In this document: positions 1-14,381 of the stretch, piece by piece
How positions within the stretch are numbered: the first letter of the stretch is position 1
Layout of the letters: every line of letters starts with the position of its first letter
Translations under genes and position numbers: made by a program
Source: Octopus vulgaris
Lineage: Eukaryota
Length of the DNA: 64,000 bases
Assembly (NCBI GenBank): GCA_951406725.2
Contig: OX597827.1
Coordinates: 34,658,001 to 34,722,000 of the forward strand
Direction of reading: 5' to 3'
Notes under the pieces: generated by a model
What the model was told of the DNA's origin: nothing
Database searches by the model: none
What the model saw: only the letters and a program-made list of their open reading frames with translations

Positions 1-407
1 GTCCTTTCTTCAAATCTGACATGACTAAATTAGTCACTTATAAAATTTCTAGCTTCATTCATTCTTTTTATAGTGGCAATGTGATTCCTTCATGATACAC
101 ACTGTCCACTATATCCTGTCATTCAGAAAAGAAAATATGATTGTTTTTGTAATGTTGTAGAATTTGTGTATTCCAAATAAGGATGGACTAATGATAAATG
201 AATGTTTGTTGATTAATCCTCATTGCAATTGACTTTCAATTTTTGCCCTAGTAAAACTATCATCTAACTGATTTAGCAATTATTGATTGGATGTTTCAAT
301 TACAGCTTTCTGTCCATCAAGTTTTCTAATATTTAGGTCTTTAAAAACATTTTCTTATGTATGCATGCATCATTTTAAAGATGACAAGATGTTTATCAAT
401 GGAGATT

Positions 408-1678
408 TATCAGGTCATTAAGAATGAAATGTCCAATTTTGAACTGAAAGTTTATTTTAATTTTATCTTGACAAAAAGCAAAGCAGTTAATCAAAGTATG
501 CACCTAAATTATCAACACAATTTTGCCATTTTATCAGTAGCTTATTTATGCCAGCAGCAAAGAATTCTGGAGAGCAAGAGGTGATGAAATTACGAAAGGC
601 TGTTTTTGCATCTTCTCCAGATTTGAAGTTTTTTCCTTGCAAAAAGTTGTCTAATGCTTGGAAAACATGATAGTCAGTTGGTGCAAGGTCTGGTGAATAT
701 GGTGGATGACAGTATTTTCAAGTTTAGTTCCTGTAACTTGAGTAACGTTCTTTGCGCAACGTGGTTGAGCATTGTCTTGCCTGTCTCTATTGACCAATCT
801 CAGTTGCTTAATTACAAGTTCACTGATCATTTCATCCAATTGGTTGATGTATACATCCACTGTAATTGATTTACCAGGTCTCATGAAGCTGTAGTGGATG
901 ACACCAGTACTGGACCACCAAACAGACACCATTAGCTTTTTTTGGTGAATATTATTTTTTGGATTGTTTTGGCACTTGTCTGTAGCCAACCACCATGCAG
1001 AACACTTGCTATTGTTGAAAATAATCCATTTTTCATTATATGTAACAATATGATGCAAAAATGGTTTGCTTTTATGTGGTGACAGCAAATAACAGCAAGT
1101 TTCAAGATGACATGTCATTTGATGCTCGTTCAGTTTATGTGGTACCCACTTGTCCAGCTTCTTTACCATGCCAATTTGTTTCAGATGGCCCAGTACAGTT
1201 GGAGTCGAAGCATTAAATTTTGCTGCTGACTCACATGTAGTTTGAAATGTATCCACTTCTACTACAGTTTCCAGCTCATCATTATCCACTTTGGTCTCAA
1301 TTCTACTACGGGGCTGATTTTCAAGAATAAGTCTTCAGACCGAAACTTCTCAAACCATCGACATACAGTGTGCTCATTCACTATATCCTCACCAAACACC
1401 TCATTGATGTTTTGAGCTGTCTGGGATGCACTGGTTCCATGACAGAACTCATATTCATAAACAACAGGAATTTTTTTATCTATCCACGGGTTCACAATAA
1501 TTGATTTACAAGAGAAAACTCACAATATAATCAGACACCATGAATAGCATTTTGCAAAGTGATGATGTAATTCTTCAATGTTGTAAAACAAAGAATTGTC
1601 TGGATAAAACATTAGAGTTAACAACTATCAAAGTTGGTGCATAAGAAAATTGGACATTTCATTCTTAATGATCTGATA
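408..1678 (-). mobile_element. Full-length but inactive mariner (Tc1/mariner) DNA transposon
   Basis: Terminal inverted repeats including the TA target site: tatcaggtcattaagaatgaaatgtccaatttt (408-440) versus the reverse complement of 1646-1678, with 1 mismatch. Length is about 1.27 kb. The internal ORFs carry mariner motifs. Confidence 0.93.
545..1495 (-). pseudogene. Frameshifted mariner transposase
   Basis: ORF 1262-1495 gives an HTH (TAQNINEVFGED..TVCRWFEKFRS). ORF 651-1289 gives KKLDKWVPHKL, IVTYNEKWI (a degenerate TGDEKW), KLMVSVWWS and QDNAQP. The reading frame is split by frameshifts. Confidence 0.9.
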
Positions 1679-4600
1679 GCTACTGTATTGAACAGGTCAA
1701 AAACTAGGAGATAGCAAATATGAAAAGCTTGCAACCTCTGCTTTATCAAACATGTCAACTTGAGCATAGGTGGAACTGATGAGAAGGGCTTGAGCTCTTA
1801 GAAACTTGTTGATTTTAGTTTTAAAAAGACATTTTAGATTACTTGTAAAACTAAACATTTTTAAAACTGATACAATGACTTGTTCTATATGCTGGTCTTT
1901 GTAAATGTTAAAATGCTAAGAAGAATACTTTTTCTTTCTGTTGTCCTTTTCATTAAATGAACTGTTATTCTGTTACTGAAAAACTTCCTGAAGCAGGAAG
2001 GACATATTAGATAATGTAGTCTTATCTATAAATCCTAGCCTAAAATATGGGATGGTCATAGCTGGAATGCTTTGATCTTAGGTTTGTTGGATCAGAGCTG
2101 ATTTGGGGGTTAAACAACAACATAAATCAATGAGAGAAATCTCTATGTGGTCGCTTGGTCTGCTCTGAAAGGAACAAAACATTGGACATTATAGCCATAA
2201 ATGTCAAGGTTGTCATAACTACAATGCCTTTGCCCTGTGGTTAAACATAATCCACACTGCTACAATTTCATGGAACTGACTAAAGTTATATCAAATATAG
2301 AGGAGGTCCTTTTTAATGGGTAGATGCCTTTCCTAGCAGCACTCATTCTCAATTGAATATTTAGTGGTAGGTTGACATGTAGGAAGTCTTCATTTGCCTT
2401 ATAACTCTTACAATGGTTAGAGCTAGGTTTGAAATCCTGACCTTGCCTTTACCTCACTGCCACTGTAATTTTGAAATTCCATACACCCATAAATAGTGTA
2501 TTAATATTTATAGCCAGTTTAACACTGAGAGCTGGCAGAATCGTTAGCATGTCAGGCAAAATGCCACTTAGCATCTTGCCCATCTGTATGTTTTGAGTTC
2601 AAATTCCATTGAGGTCAGCTTTGCCTTTTGTCCTTTCAGGGTCAATAAAATAAGAACCAGTTGAGCACTGGAGTCAATGTTATCAGTTTACTCCCTCCCC
2701 TGAAATTGCTGACTTTGTGCCAAAATTCGAAACCAATATTTATAGCTAATTATATATGGCACTGAATTGAAATCATACTAAGGCCAACTTTGTTTTTTAT
2801 TTTCATGTGAAAAATAAAGCACCGGTCATGTATTCAGTCAATCTAACCAACTACATCCTTACCTCATATTTGATGTGTGCCTATGTGAAAAATCAATTAT
2901 ATATATACATCCCCACACACATACTGGTAAAACTGTTCTTCACAGATATTAATGTTCGTCTGTGTTAGCATATATTAGATTAAATGTTGATATAAAGTGT
3001 TCATTTGATTCTATTGAACGTTGTTTCTTTCCCAATTTTCCTGTCTTATTTGTTATTGCTTGGGACACAACACAATGCGTCTGTAACAAAGTTTGAGTTC
3101 AGTCTCCTAATGTAATAATAATAATATCACCATCAGCAGTTACAACAAATTTTACTCTATAAATCTCACCTTCAGCCTTTATCCATTGTTTTTCCTGTTA
3201 CCCAGAATGAGGTGAATACCTGTTACTGCAGAGGTCCACATTGACACCAGCATGAAGACTTATAATTCTCAATTAGAAAGATTTTTTTTTTTTTTAGCAT
3301 TCTGTTCTAGTTTTATCCTCCTTCCAACTCAAATAATAACTTATAGTTAATCCTGCTACACATCTTTCTCTCCAGTTATAAACAAGAGAGGTGCTTGCAG
3401 AGAGCATTTTGGTAAACTTTGCCTTTTTTTCCTTTCAGGATTAATAAAATATGTACCAATTGATTTATTTCAGCTTGCAAGTCCATTTAATGCAGGTGAC
3501 ACCTTGATGTTCACTATCTTTTCTGTTATTAAATTGTATGTATAACACTCATTTAGTCCCTACTGATTATCACTTGTACTCATCATTATATCTGCTTTAC
3601 AAGCAATGCCCCTACCCCCAATTCATTTTCACCTGTTGTCCACTACTATCAGCTGCGGTAGTCTTTGTATTTACTCACTAATAGTTTCTGTATTTTGCAT
3701 ATGGCTCTGAATAGTTGCTGACCTGTTGCTGCAGCAGTAGTGCTGATCCTACTGGTCACTGATGTTGCGGTCATCTCTGCATCTGCTTAAGTATCAGCAG
3801 TAAGTGGAAGATCTTCATCAGCTGATCATTAACTTTAATGATCTCTGTCAGTGCTGTCCACCAGTGGTTTCTGATGACAAACCAAGGGATCTTTAATTTT
3901 GTTATTTGAACTGCAAGAAATAGAAGCTAAATATCCCTCGAATCACATTATTGTCTTAATAAGATGAAAGGACTTGTTGGATAGTGTCATCTCTGATACA
4001 TTCTCTGGAATAAAGATGAGGTGGTCATAGCTTGAACACTTTTGGGCCATAGGTCAGTCTGGTCAGTTAGAAATGACCTTGGCTAAAATAGCAGCAACCT
4101 CTGCTGATCATGTAACTGTTGCCTTAAACAAATTTTTTCAAATACAAGCATGATATTTATGTTACAGTTTTTTTTTTTTTAGTTATAGCTTGGAGGTTAG
4201 TGAAGTGGCAGAGATGATAGAATGTTGAAGTGAATAATGCAGTATTTAGTTCACTCATGCTTTCTATATACTGAGTTCAAACCTCGTTGCCTTTCATTCC
4301 TCCAGGGTCATACTGGGCTCAATACACCTTGCCCCCACCCCACCTTGATAAATTTGTGAAGCCATCCTTAATGTTAAAAATCGTTATTCTTTTTCTTCTC
4401 GGAAATCTGACATACTCTTCACATCTCCAATGTGCCTCATTTCCCCTCATCCCTGCAACCTTACAGTCAAGTCCATTGCATGTTATTGGCCAATATGGAG
4501 AGACAGCGAGAGAAATCGGGTATGCATATACACTTGTGTTTAAAAACTGGTTTTCTGATCACTTCCTGCCATAATTTACTATCCAAATCTGAACATGACC

Positions 4601-5235
4601 ATCACCATTAATCACTCTCTGGGGTGACTTCACTACTACTATTACTGCTACTTTTATTATTACTATCCCCACCACCACTACCAACACCATTATTTCTACC
4701 ATCTTCACTTACTTTTTCTAACAGCACTAGTATTGCTATTTGCACTGTTTCTAAGCAATAACCATCACCACCAATATTGCCTACACTATGCTATATACTC
4801 ATTTATTCTGTTGCTAGGTAACTAACCACCACTATCACACTACAACCATTGTTCACCTTAAACCCTCCACTAAACATTACATACCAATATTATATCTCTA
4901 TATATTTATGATTGCTGAATTGTAGAAGATTTAGTAGTTTATTTTTTATTATTTTTTTTGCCCAGAAATAATGTTTTTCAAATTTTTTTTCTTTTTCATT
5001 TTTTGTTTTTTTTTAGCCCCATCCTCAATAAAACGGTTATTTACCTCTTCATTCTTTTCATTAATATCACTGAGGTTTCTTTCTAATTACACCTCAAATC
5101 ACATCTGCTGAAATGAATTTTTACATTTTTTTCCCTTTTTTTAATAAAACACATTGTCCTTAACTAAAAAAACAAAAAAAACTCCTGTAATTTTTTAAAA
5201 AAAATATTACATGTATTGATATTGTTATTGTTGTT

Positions 5236-5448
5236 TAACCCTTCAACATTCAAAAAGGCTGTCTCTGACCTAAATATTCTACCATTTTTGTGTTAAAACT
5301 GGCCAGATTTATCCTACAATGTCATTCTTAAAATAAGCAATCACGCCATGAAAATCTTTTTGCCACAAGATAATGTATGATTAATTAAAAATAATGTGAA
5401 TAAATAAACATTACCTTTGAGAGAGTAATCTGAATGCTGAAGGGATAA
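5236..5448. mobile_element. piggyBac-like MITE (~215 bp family)
   Basis: TTAA-CCCTT(c)A(a)CATT ... AATGCTGAAGGG-(a)TAA ends. The same family occurs at ~6510-6615 (partial), ~9534-9755, ~10535-10730, ~10935-11153 and 53814-54030. Confidence 0.7.
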
Positions 5449-5831
5449 CCATTGTGTTTAAAGGAGACTAGGTTGAAAAATACCCAGGACTTTGTTCAGC
5501 TTGAAAACTAAAGAACAATCAGTACTAACATACTTGATGTAATGAGTTAACTTTCAATTAAGTAAAATTACTAATTTTGTAGAAGCTGGCAAACTGGCAA
5601 AATTGTTAAGCATTTTGGACAAAATGCTTAGTGGCATTTCCTCCAGCTTTACACTCTGAATTCAAATCCTGTTGAAGTCAATTTTGTCTTTCATCACAAG
5701 TAAAATAAAGTACCAGTTAAGTACTAGGGTCAATGTATCAACTACCTTGCCCCTCTTTTCAAAGTTGCTGGCCTTGAGCCCTGCTGATGTCTCTTTCAGA
5801 GGAAATGGTGTGATTTTGTTTACTTATATGC

Positions 5832-6155
5832 CATGGCTCAGTGGTTGGAGCGTCGAGCTTACGGTCGTGAGATTGTAAGCTCAATTTCCAGACCGGGCTG
5901 CGTGTTGTGTTCTTGAGCAAGACACCTTATTTCATGTTGCTCCAGTTAACTCAGCTGTAGAAATGATTTGCGACATCACAAGTGCCAAGCTGTATTGGCC
6001 TTGGCCTTTCCCTTGGATAACATCAGTGGTGGGGAGGGGAGACTGGTATGGATGGGCGACTGCTGGCCTTTCACAAACAACCTTGCCTGGACTTGTGCCT
6101 CGGACGGTAACATTCTGGGTGCAATCCCATGGTCATTCATGATCGAAGGGGGTCT
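5832..6155 (+). mobile_element. tRNA-derived SINE
   Basis: A-box TGGCTCAGTGG and a degenerate B-box, followed by gtgttgtgttcttgagcaagacac. A related copy lies on the minus strand at ~23590-23915. Confidence 0.75.
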
Positions 6156-8027
6156 CCTATATGCCATGGAAACCAGGTGACTGGCCTTATAAATCCTATG
6201 GCTAAGGAAAAGAATTTTAAAAATTCCCTTTATCATTAATTCAGGTAAGGGAGTTAATTGTGAAATTTGAATTCTTGACAGTATGGTGAAACAACTCTTA
6301 AGTATGTTTCAGTTTTATTACACCTTTTTAGTGGAATATTACCAATACCAGTCAAAGATAATTTGAGAAATTTGTTTTACTAGTTTCATTCATTGGACTG
6401 TAGCCATACAGTGGTACCACTTCAAGGATTTTATTTGATCATATCAAATGCAGCTATTTCATTGACTCACTAAATTATGTACTTGACATAAAAACGACAA
6501 CTCGCAACATCCACATCATCAAAATCTTGGAGATATGAAATAATGCATGATTAATTCCAAACATAGTGAATAAATAAGCATTACATTTGACAAAATAATC
6601 TGAATGCTAAGGGGCTCAAGCAGTAAACTTAATCATAGTTGCAGACAAGAAATGGAAATTTAATTTTCATGCTCACAGAAGAAAATGTGGTCTTTATTAG
6701 CAGGCAAGAGGGACAACTTCAAGTATATTTCAACTTTTCTAGACCTCATTAGCTTGCTTGATCATAGGTTTTTACATACAGAAAAACAGTTAAGCACAAT
6801 TTTGGTATGTTAACCAAAATTGTTCTTAACTGGTAGACTTAATTCATTACCCAGTTTAACACCATCATTTAATCCCTTACTTGTACTTGTAATGGCGTTC
6901 ACCCAGGGCGGGTTGAGCCGGCTTCTTCTCTCATAGAAGAAGTTTCGTAGGAATATTGAATTCACAAGCGGTCCCCGACATCCCGCATGCATATCCCGAG
7001 TGATGGGACGCCCTGTTTGCCGCAGTCTCCACAGATGCAGAGACAGAACAACCTCGAAGCCGCCGGTTGCCGATCAGACACCTCTTGGAATTTTCACCAG
7101 AGCCCTGTTGGCCAGGCTGCAGCCCTAATGCCGCTCAGTGCCAGACCAATCTGCCTTGGGTGGCCCTACCAGGAAATGAAGTTGCCGACAGCATAGCTCT
7201 GACAGTGCCTGTTTACACCACCCTACCGCTTTGAGGAGGGGTTGGACTTGGGTAACTTTAACAGAGTTCATTCTATTGCAGACATTTGTGCCAGGTCTCC
7301 AGTTTGCGGATGACTGCCTCCTTTCCTCCCTCTCATCAGTCATGGAGGCTGTAAAATGCCAGGAGTACTGCTCTTCTATTCTAATTAAAAGGATAAAAAC
7401 AAAATAGTAATTTGCATTATTATAAAATGTGAGCTAAGGGAAATAACTCGTTGATCAATGTTATGGATTTAGTTGAGGTGGTGGTGAATAATGTATGCCA
7501 ACAAATTCTCTTCTTGGAGAAAGAAATCGGAAACAGCAGCTTATCAAAGAAAAGAGAGATAATGACAACAAATAAGTGTAAAAATTAAATTTTTCTATAA
7601 AATAATTAATTTCTTGAAATTTTGTCCCCTTTGTGAAACAGACAATTACCACAAGGGCTGTTTTTCATTCTCCAACTAAAAGGCAAATTTCAGCTCACAA
7701 AGATGCAGGCATGGCTGTGTGATTAAGAAGTTTGCTTCCCAACCACAAGGTTTCAGGTTCTGTCCCAGTATATGGCACTTTTGGGATGTCTTCTATTATC
7801 GCCCCAAGCCAATCAATACTTTGTGAGTAAATTAGGGAAAACGTAAACTGAAAAAACTCATTGTGCATATATATATATAAATATATATATTGGTAAAAAC
7901 GGTAAGATAACAAAAGAAAGAAAGAGACCTCAATATTATGTAAATAGAGGAATTTATCTGTAAAATAATATCCAAAACTCAGAGTTTTATCTTGGCTACT
8001 GAATAATTGTCACATATTATTTTACAG

Positions 8028-8059
<32 letters not shown>

Positions 8060-8829
8060 ATTATTATGATTATGCATGTGTTTGTGTTTCCTTGTTTTGA
8101 TGTTGCATGATTGTTGTAAATGAATTCCATTTCTTTCTAATATTGTGAAAACCTCTCTAGCCATGAGGAATCAATACCTTGCTTGGAAAAAGGTAAGGAT
8201 TGGCAAGAAGAAGGGCATCTGGTTGTACAAAATCTGCTTTAATAAACTCTGACTCATACAAGTATGTGAAAGTGGATATTCAATAACTTCTTCGTGTGCA
8301 CCATTCAGTGGTTGTATTGCCATTAATCTGGATAATCTAACTTAAGTATGCCGTTGACCTGCTCGAGTTACTTCTTATAGCTTATCTTCTGTTAATTTTA
8401 CACACATGTATGTGTGGCTTTGACATGCATCTGCAAGGCTCCCATCTAAATTTCACTTACAAGGTGTTTTTTCAGTCAGAAGTTACAGTAGAAAACACTT
8501 GCCTAAGATACTGGAGTGGGTAAAAACAAACCTGTAAAAAGCAGAGGTAGAGATGGCAACAAAAGTGGTTCAGAGAAAGATTACTAGCTGGCAGCATAGC
8601 ATGGTGATGTTAGAGAGTATAGGATAGGGAGATGACAGTGGTCTAATGTAAACTTTATAATTAGGTATACTGAAGGCCACGTGAGTAGAGTGATGAAGGT
8701 TTGATCAACACAGGTGACATAAAGATGAGAGATGGAGGGCCTATGAGTGATAAGGAATGGGGCACACCTGTTTTTGATATTTGTTTCACTCTACTTCCAT
8801 AAGTGGATGCCATCTCCAGACATGCATGT

Positions 8830-9120
8830 TGTCACTCAAAATAGTTCTTTATGGCATGATATGCAGTATCTTGAGACCATTCTTTGTCACTACATTCCAC
8901 GTCTTCCTTGGTCTCCTTCCACTGATTCCATTCACTTTGAGCATAGAGCCCTGCTGTACTACAGTTGTCATCCTTAATACACACCATATTGCCATACAAG
9001 CACGGTCTTCTCTTTTGCATACTGTGTCTGATTCCTTGAACATGTTTTTCTTTTGACACATTTGTACTCTGTGGTTTATGCACACTGATATTACACATCT
9101 AGTAGAGCATTCTCACTTCA
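8830..9120 (-). mobile_element. Degenerate RTE-clade LINE 3' fragment
   Basis: Translations give MCNISVH..QS and GRRPRKTW, the same C-terminal segment as the better-preserved copy at 18.5 kb. Confidence 0.75.
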
Positions 9121-12100
9121 TATGTATTAGGTTAGGGTTAGGGATGAAACAAATATGAGAGTTGAGCTGTAATCTGTAGATGTGAGAGAGAAGACATCTG
9201 TGCTAAAAGATGAACTGATAGAGAATGATAGATAAGCAACAGGCTTTGATTTGTGTGACCTAGAATAAAGCGAGTTGGGTGGGTCCGGTGGATAATGAAA
9301 AATAAGGGCATTGTACAGCCTAATTTTATTCTGCTTGTTCCAGATCATGTTTTTTATAATCTTTCAAATGTTGAAGATGTTAATGAAATTGATGTAGAAA
9401 TATGTACTCACATAAGTAAAGCTTTTGATATGATAGATACCAATACCAAGTTAATAAGAAAGAGAAGAGTGAAACAGTTTGGCTGTTCAATAACTTTATA
9501 GTGCTGGCATTCTGCCAAGATTTCCCAAACTCTTTACCCTTTAGCATTTAAATTGGCAATATCAGACCCAAATAGTTGATCTGTATTATGTTCAAACAGC
9601 CCAGATCTATCGTCTCATACCACTTCTACAATTCCATTCCAAAAATAAACAATTACATCATTGAAATTTCAAAACTATGAGATAATGTATAATTAATTCA
9701 AAACAATGTAAATAAGCATTACATATGACAGAGTAATCTGAATGCAGTAGGGTTAAGCAAATAATAGATGACATCAAATCAGGAAGAGGTCAGCCTTTTT
9801 TAGTTACTATTAGCAACAGTGGAGGGCAGAGCTTCAATTAAAGAGAGATTAAGTTTATCACCTACCTGACAAGTTTTGAATTCAGAATGAAGAAAAATAA
9901 ACTAATATCAGATATATTGCTGCAGATATGACTGTGTGGTAAAGAATCTTTGTAAATATGTAATTTCAGATTCAGTCCCACTGCATGGTACCTTGGGCAA
10001 GTTTCTTCTACAAAAGTCCTGGACCAACCAATGCCTTGTGAATGAATTTAGTAGATGGAAACTGTATGGAGGCCTGTTGTGTTTTTATGTCTTTGTGTCT
10101 GTGTTTATCACTCCCACACACTACTGCTTGACAATTTGTGTTGGTTTATAACTTAGTAACTTGGCAAAAAAGACTGACAAAATAAGTACCAGACTTTAAA
10201 AATTAGTACTGGGGGTGATTTGTTTGAGTAAACTCTTCAAAGCAGTGCCCCATCATGGCCATAGGCCAATGACAGAAACAAGTAATAGATAAAAGGGATA
10301 CATTTCACATTTCCTATTTGGAGGAGGGGGTGGAATATTCTTCAGTTTTTCTTAGCAAGAAAGGGTGAGTTGTGGCCTTCATACCAATAACTATGTATAA
10401 CATATTCCTGAATATATTTTGATTTAATAAATATTTTGAAACTAAAAAATTTTGTGAGAAAATTATACTGCTGCCCAATTTAGCTGTGGGGTATCAGTTT
10501 GTTAGAAATAGTAGTCAAATTCTCTTCAAGATCCTATGCATTTAAACTGGCCTGAATATTCTACATAATTTATGTTTGAACTGGTCAGATCCAGCCTCTC
10601 ATACCTATTCTACAATGTGATTCTGAAAATAAACAATCACATCAAAATCTTAAAGCTGAAAGATAATGCAAAAGAATGCTAATAAATATGCATTACATTT
10701 AACAGAGTAATCTGAATGCTGAAGGGTTAAAGAGAGATGTCTTTGATCATATCTGCCACAGTCAGAGCTAAATAACCAGCACCAACATTAGATATTTGTA
10801 TTCTGAGTTCAAATTCCACTGTGACTGGTAGATTTAACTTGTCACCCAACTTAACACCCTACTTGACAACTTGGATGCCTTTAGCAGAATCTAGTCTGTT
10901 GCAAGCATATGGGTCAGGTCTATGGTTTGACTCTTTGTCATTTAAACCTACCATATCAGGCCAAAATATTCTACCCGTTTTATGTTCGAACTGGGCAGAT
11001 CTGGCCTCTCACACCTATCCTACAGTGTCACTCAAAATAAATAAATCACATCGCCAAAATCTTGAAGCTCTGCAGATAATGTATGATTTATTCTAAACAA
11101 TGTGAATCAATAAGCATCACATTTGACAGAATAATCTGAATGCTAAAGGGTTAGGCATGCCTTCCTCCCTTTCTCCAACTAGTCCTAGAGACCCTCTAAA
11201 GGGTCAAGGGCACTGCCTTCCCTCCTGACTAAAAGACAAAAATATACCATGTCCTAGAAAATATGACCTGCTTGACTCACAAACACTAATCAATGCTTCA
11301 TTGTAGATCTGTTTCCTTTTTCTATTGACACTTGTTGAGTGTGCTGACAGACTTACCGTGAATCTTGTTGATTAGAGGGTTTGTTGGGTGACATTGTTCC
11401 ATTATTATGGCTTCCAGAACTAATAAGAACTGGTCCGGGAAGTGGGTGGTGGGGAGGCAGTCTCTGCACCAGGCAGGAATTTTGTGGTTGTTGAGATTTA
11501 ACTCCCATTTGAAATTTGTGTTTTTTTTTTTTTAGCAGAGTAAAACATATTTCAAGCATTCAAGCCAGGTCACTTAACCCCTACCACTTGCAGTCTTGGA
11601 ATCCTTGAAAAGGGGTTGTGGATATTGCCTTTCCACTTCTGAGTCCGCCATTAGAAAGAAAAAAAGGAAAACAAAAAACTAAATGTCCCCTAAATTGATT
11701 TTGTGTATGTCATCGTCATCATCATCACCATCAAGGTCATCACCACCATCATCATCATCACATCCTCTTCCTCCTCCTCCTATTCCTTGTCATCATAATT
11801 GTTACCACCATCATCATCATCATTATCATTGTCATCCTCATTGCTCTAATATTCAATATCCCATACTGGTATTGATCAGGTCAGTCTACAGTAACAATTT
11901 GTCACCATTTATCTCATTACTGAGAGTCAACATCCCGAATTCTTTCAGTGTCTTGTCTGAAAGGCAGTGAGGAAGCCTCTACATGGTTGTTCAATTTGCT
12001 AAGCATAGCAGCCAAATATCTCTGAAATCACAATAGGCTATTTTCTTTTTTTGTTTTTCTAAGAAAAGTACATACTAGACAATGAGATGTAGAAAAACAC

Positions 12101-12878
12101 CAGATGTGACATAGATTGACCACCTTTGATCAGTCTAGTCTGCTGAAACCCAGCTGACCTAGGGTTAAACAACAAGTGTAGAAAAGTCATTAGTTTTTTT
12201 ATCCTGTTAAAAGGAAATCAATATATAGGTGCAGGCATGGTTGTGTGGTCGAGAAGCTTGCCTTGCAACTACATGGTTTCAGGTTCAGTCCCACTGTGTG
12301 GCACCTTGGGTGAGTTTTCTACTGAAACTTTGGAGTGATCAGTGCCTTGTGAGTGAATCAGGTAGATGAAAACTGTGGAAGCCTGTCTGTGTGTGTGTGT
12401 TTATGTTTATCTCCCACCATCACTTGGCAACCAGTGTTGGTTTGCTTATATTCTTATAACTTAGTGGTTTGGCAAAAATGAACAATAGAATAAGTATTAG
12501 ATTTAATAATAAGTAATGGCATCAATATGTTTGACTAAACCCTTCAAATCAGTTCCCTGCTTGGCTGCAGACCAATAACTGAAACAAGTAAAAGATACAT
12601 GAAAGATATGAGTTGTACTTTCGTTTTTTAGTCATAAATCCACTTTATTCAAGTAGACCTATGATCAAAGGCATCCTAGCCTTAACCACCTGATTGTTTA
12701 GCCACAGCCCATCTTCTAGGAGGCTGAGCAACACATAAACATTTACCTGGTCATTCTGTCTGCTCACTACTCTCTGATCATTTTATCTGTTGCTCTGCAG
12801 ATTCTTCAACACAGCAACTCTGTTACAATGTCTAAATCAAAAACATGTTTAAAATATCATACACCAGGTGTCACATTA

Positions 12879-13106
12879 TGGCAAGCTGGCAGAAACGTTA
12901 GCACACCGGGCGAAATGCGTAGCCGTATTTCGTCTGCCGTTACGTTCTGAGTTCAAATTCCGCCGAGGTCGACTTTGCCTTTCATCCTTTCGGGGTCAAT
13001 AAATTAAGTACCAGTTATGCACTGGGGTTGATGTAATTGACTTAATCCGTTTGTCGGTCCTTGTTTGTCCCCTCTGTGTTTAGCCCCTTGTGGGTAGTAA
13101 AGAAAT
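12879..13106 (+). mobile_element. Young tRNA-derived SINE with 13-bp target-site duplication
   Basis: TSD aggtgtcacatta at 12866-12878 and 13107-13119. B-box gagttcaaattcc. Conserved core gtcgactttgcctttcatcctttcggggtc..taagtaccag. CpGs are retained. Confidence 0.88.
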
Positions 13107-14375
13107 AGGTGTCACATTACTGTTGTGAGTGGAGAGTTTTCAACTAGTGTCACATCTAACATGCAGTGATCCATATACAGAAAGGTTACATCAGCTGTTG
13201 GTTAATGAGTTCTTAGAAACCAGTGAGGAAGCCTCTAAGTGGTTGCTTGATATATTAGAAAAAATAATCAAATCCCTCTCAAAACTCCACATTTACCATC
13301 CTGCCATAAAAACGAAAATCAGAGCCATTACATGCAAATGAGTATGATTTAGCATTATATACCATACTGAGGCAGCAAGCTCAGCTGGAAAAAATGAGCA
13401 GTACTTGTAATTCAAAGGTCCAGCTTTGTTACATTCTGTGTCACGCTGAATCTTCCTGAGAACTATGTTAAGGGTGTGCATGTCTGTGGAGTTCTCAGCC
13501 ACTTGCATGTTAATTTCACAAGCAGGTTTTTCCATTGACTAGATCAATTGGAACCATCATCATCATAACTGATAGAATACAAAAAAAAGACAGCGGGAAT
13601 CTGGTAGAATCATTAGCATGCTGGATAGAACACTTAGCATCATTTCTTCAGGCTTTACATGCTGGGTTCAAATGCCACTGAGGTAAACTTTGCTTTTCAT
13701 TCTTTCAGGATCAATAAAATAAAGTACTTGCAATTAGAAAGAATTATTACAGGTAAAGAACTAGCAGAATCATTAGCTCACCAGGTAAAATGCTTAAGCA
13801 ACATTTCATCCATCTTTACGTTATGAGTTCAAAATCTGCCAAGGTCAACTTTGCCTTTTATCCTTTCAGGTTGATGAAATATGTATGAAGTAAGCACTGC
13901 GGTCAATGTAATCAACTAGCAACCTCCAGCCCTAGCCTCAACATTTCAGGCCAATAGTAAACAGGAGTATTATATACCATGCTTTTGCTAATTGTTCTGT
14001 GTAAGTAAATGTCCTATTTTGGACATACACTGAAACATCCAGGATGTGCCAACTGGAAGAAGATAGGGCTGCACCAGTACTGAGTTGGTACTCATCTTCA
14101 GTTAAGTGCCTTGCTCAAGGAGACAGTACACAACTAGGTCCAGGAATTGAGCCCACAACCTTATGAATGTGAGCCTAACATTGTGACCACTAGGCCACAT
14201 GCCATGTGCATTGTACTGGAATAACTATTAATGAGGTAAAAAGGTCATGAATGGAATATTTTGATTAGAATGTACTAAAAATAACAACAGCAAAAATGGC
14301 AACAATAATCTATGGTTAAGAACTGAAAGCAGAGTAACTTTAACGCAAAACACAGTTATGATAAATGAAACAAGT

Positions 14376-14381
14376 TTTATT
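14376..14381 (-). terminator. Candidate polyadenylation signal (AATAAA) of ZNF gene 1
   Basis: tttatt on the + strand about 470 nt downstream of the stop codon. The call is positional only. Confidence 0.4.

Noticed and set aside
9295-9501. ORF containing ISKAFDMID (reverse-transcriptase-like motif)
   Set aside because: At best this is a tiny decayed CR1/L2-type fragment, too short to support as a feature.
11345-11560. Minus-strand donor CACG|GTAAGT suggesting an extra exon
   Set aside because: No convincing acceptor or coding frame was found, and the neighbouring sequence looks like a decayed MITE.
11683-11970. Ser/Pro/His-rich 95-aa ORF
   Set aside because: It is a translation of a degenerate (CAT)n/(CCT)n microsatellite.
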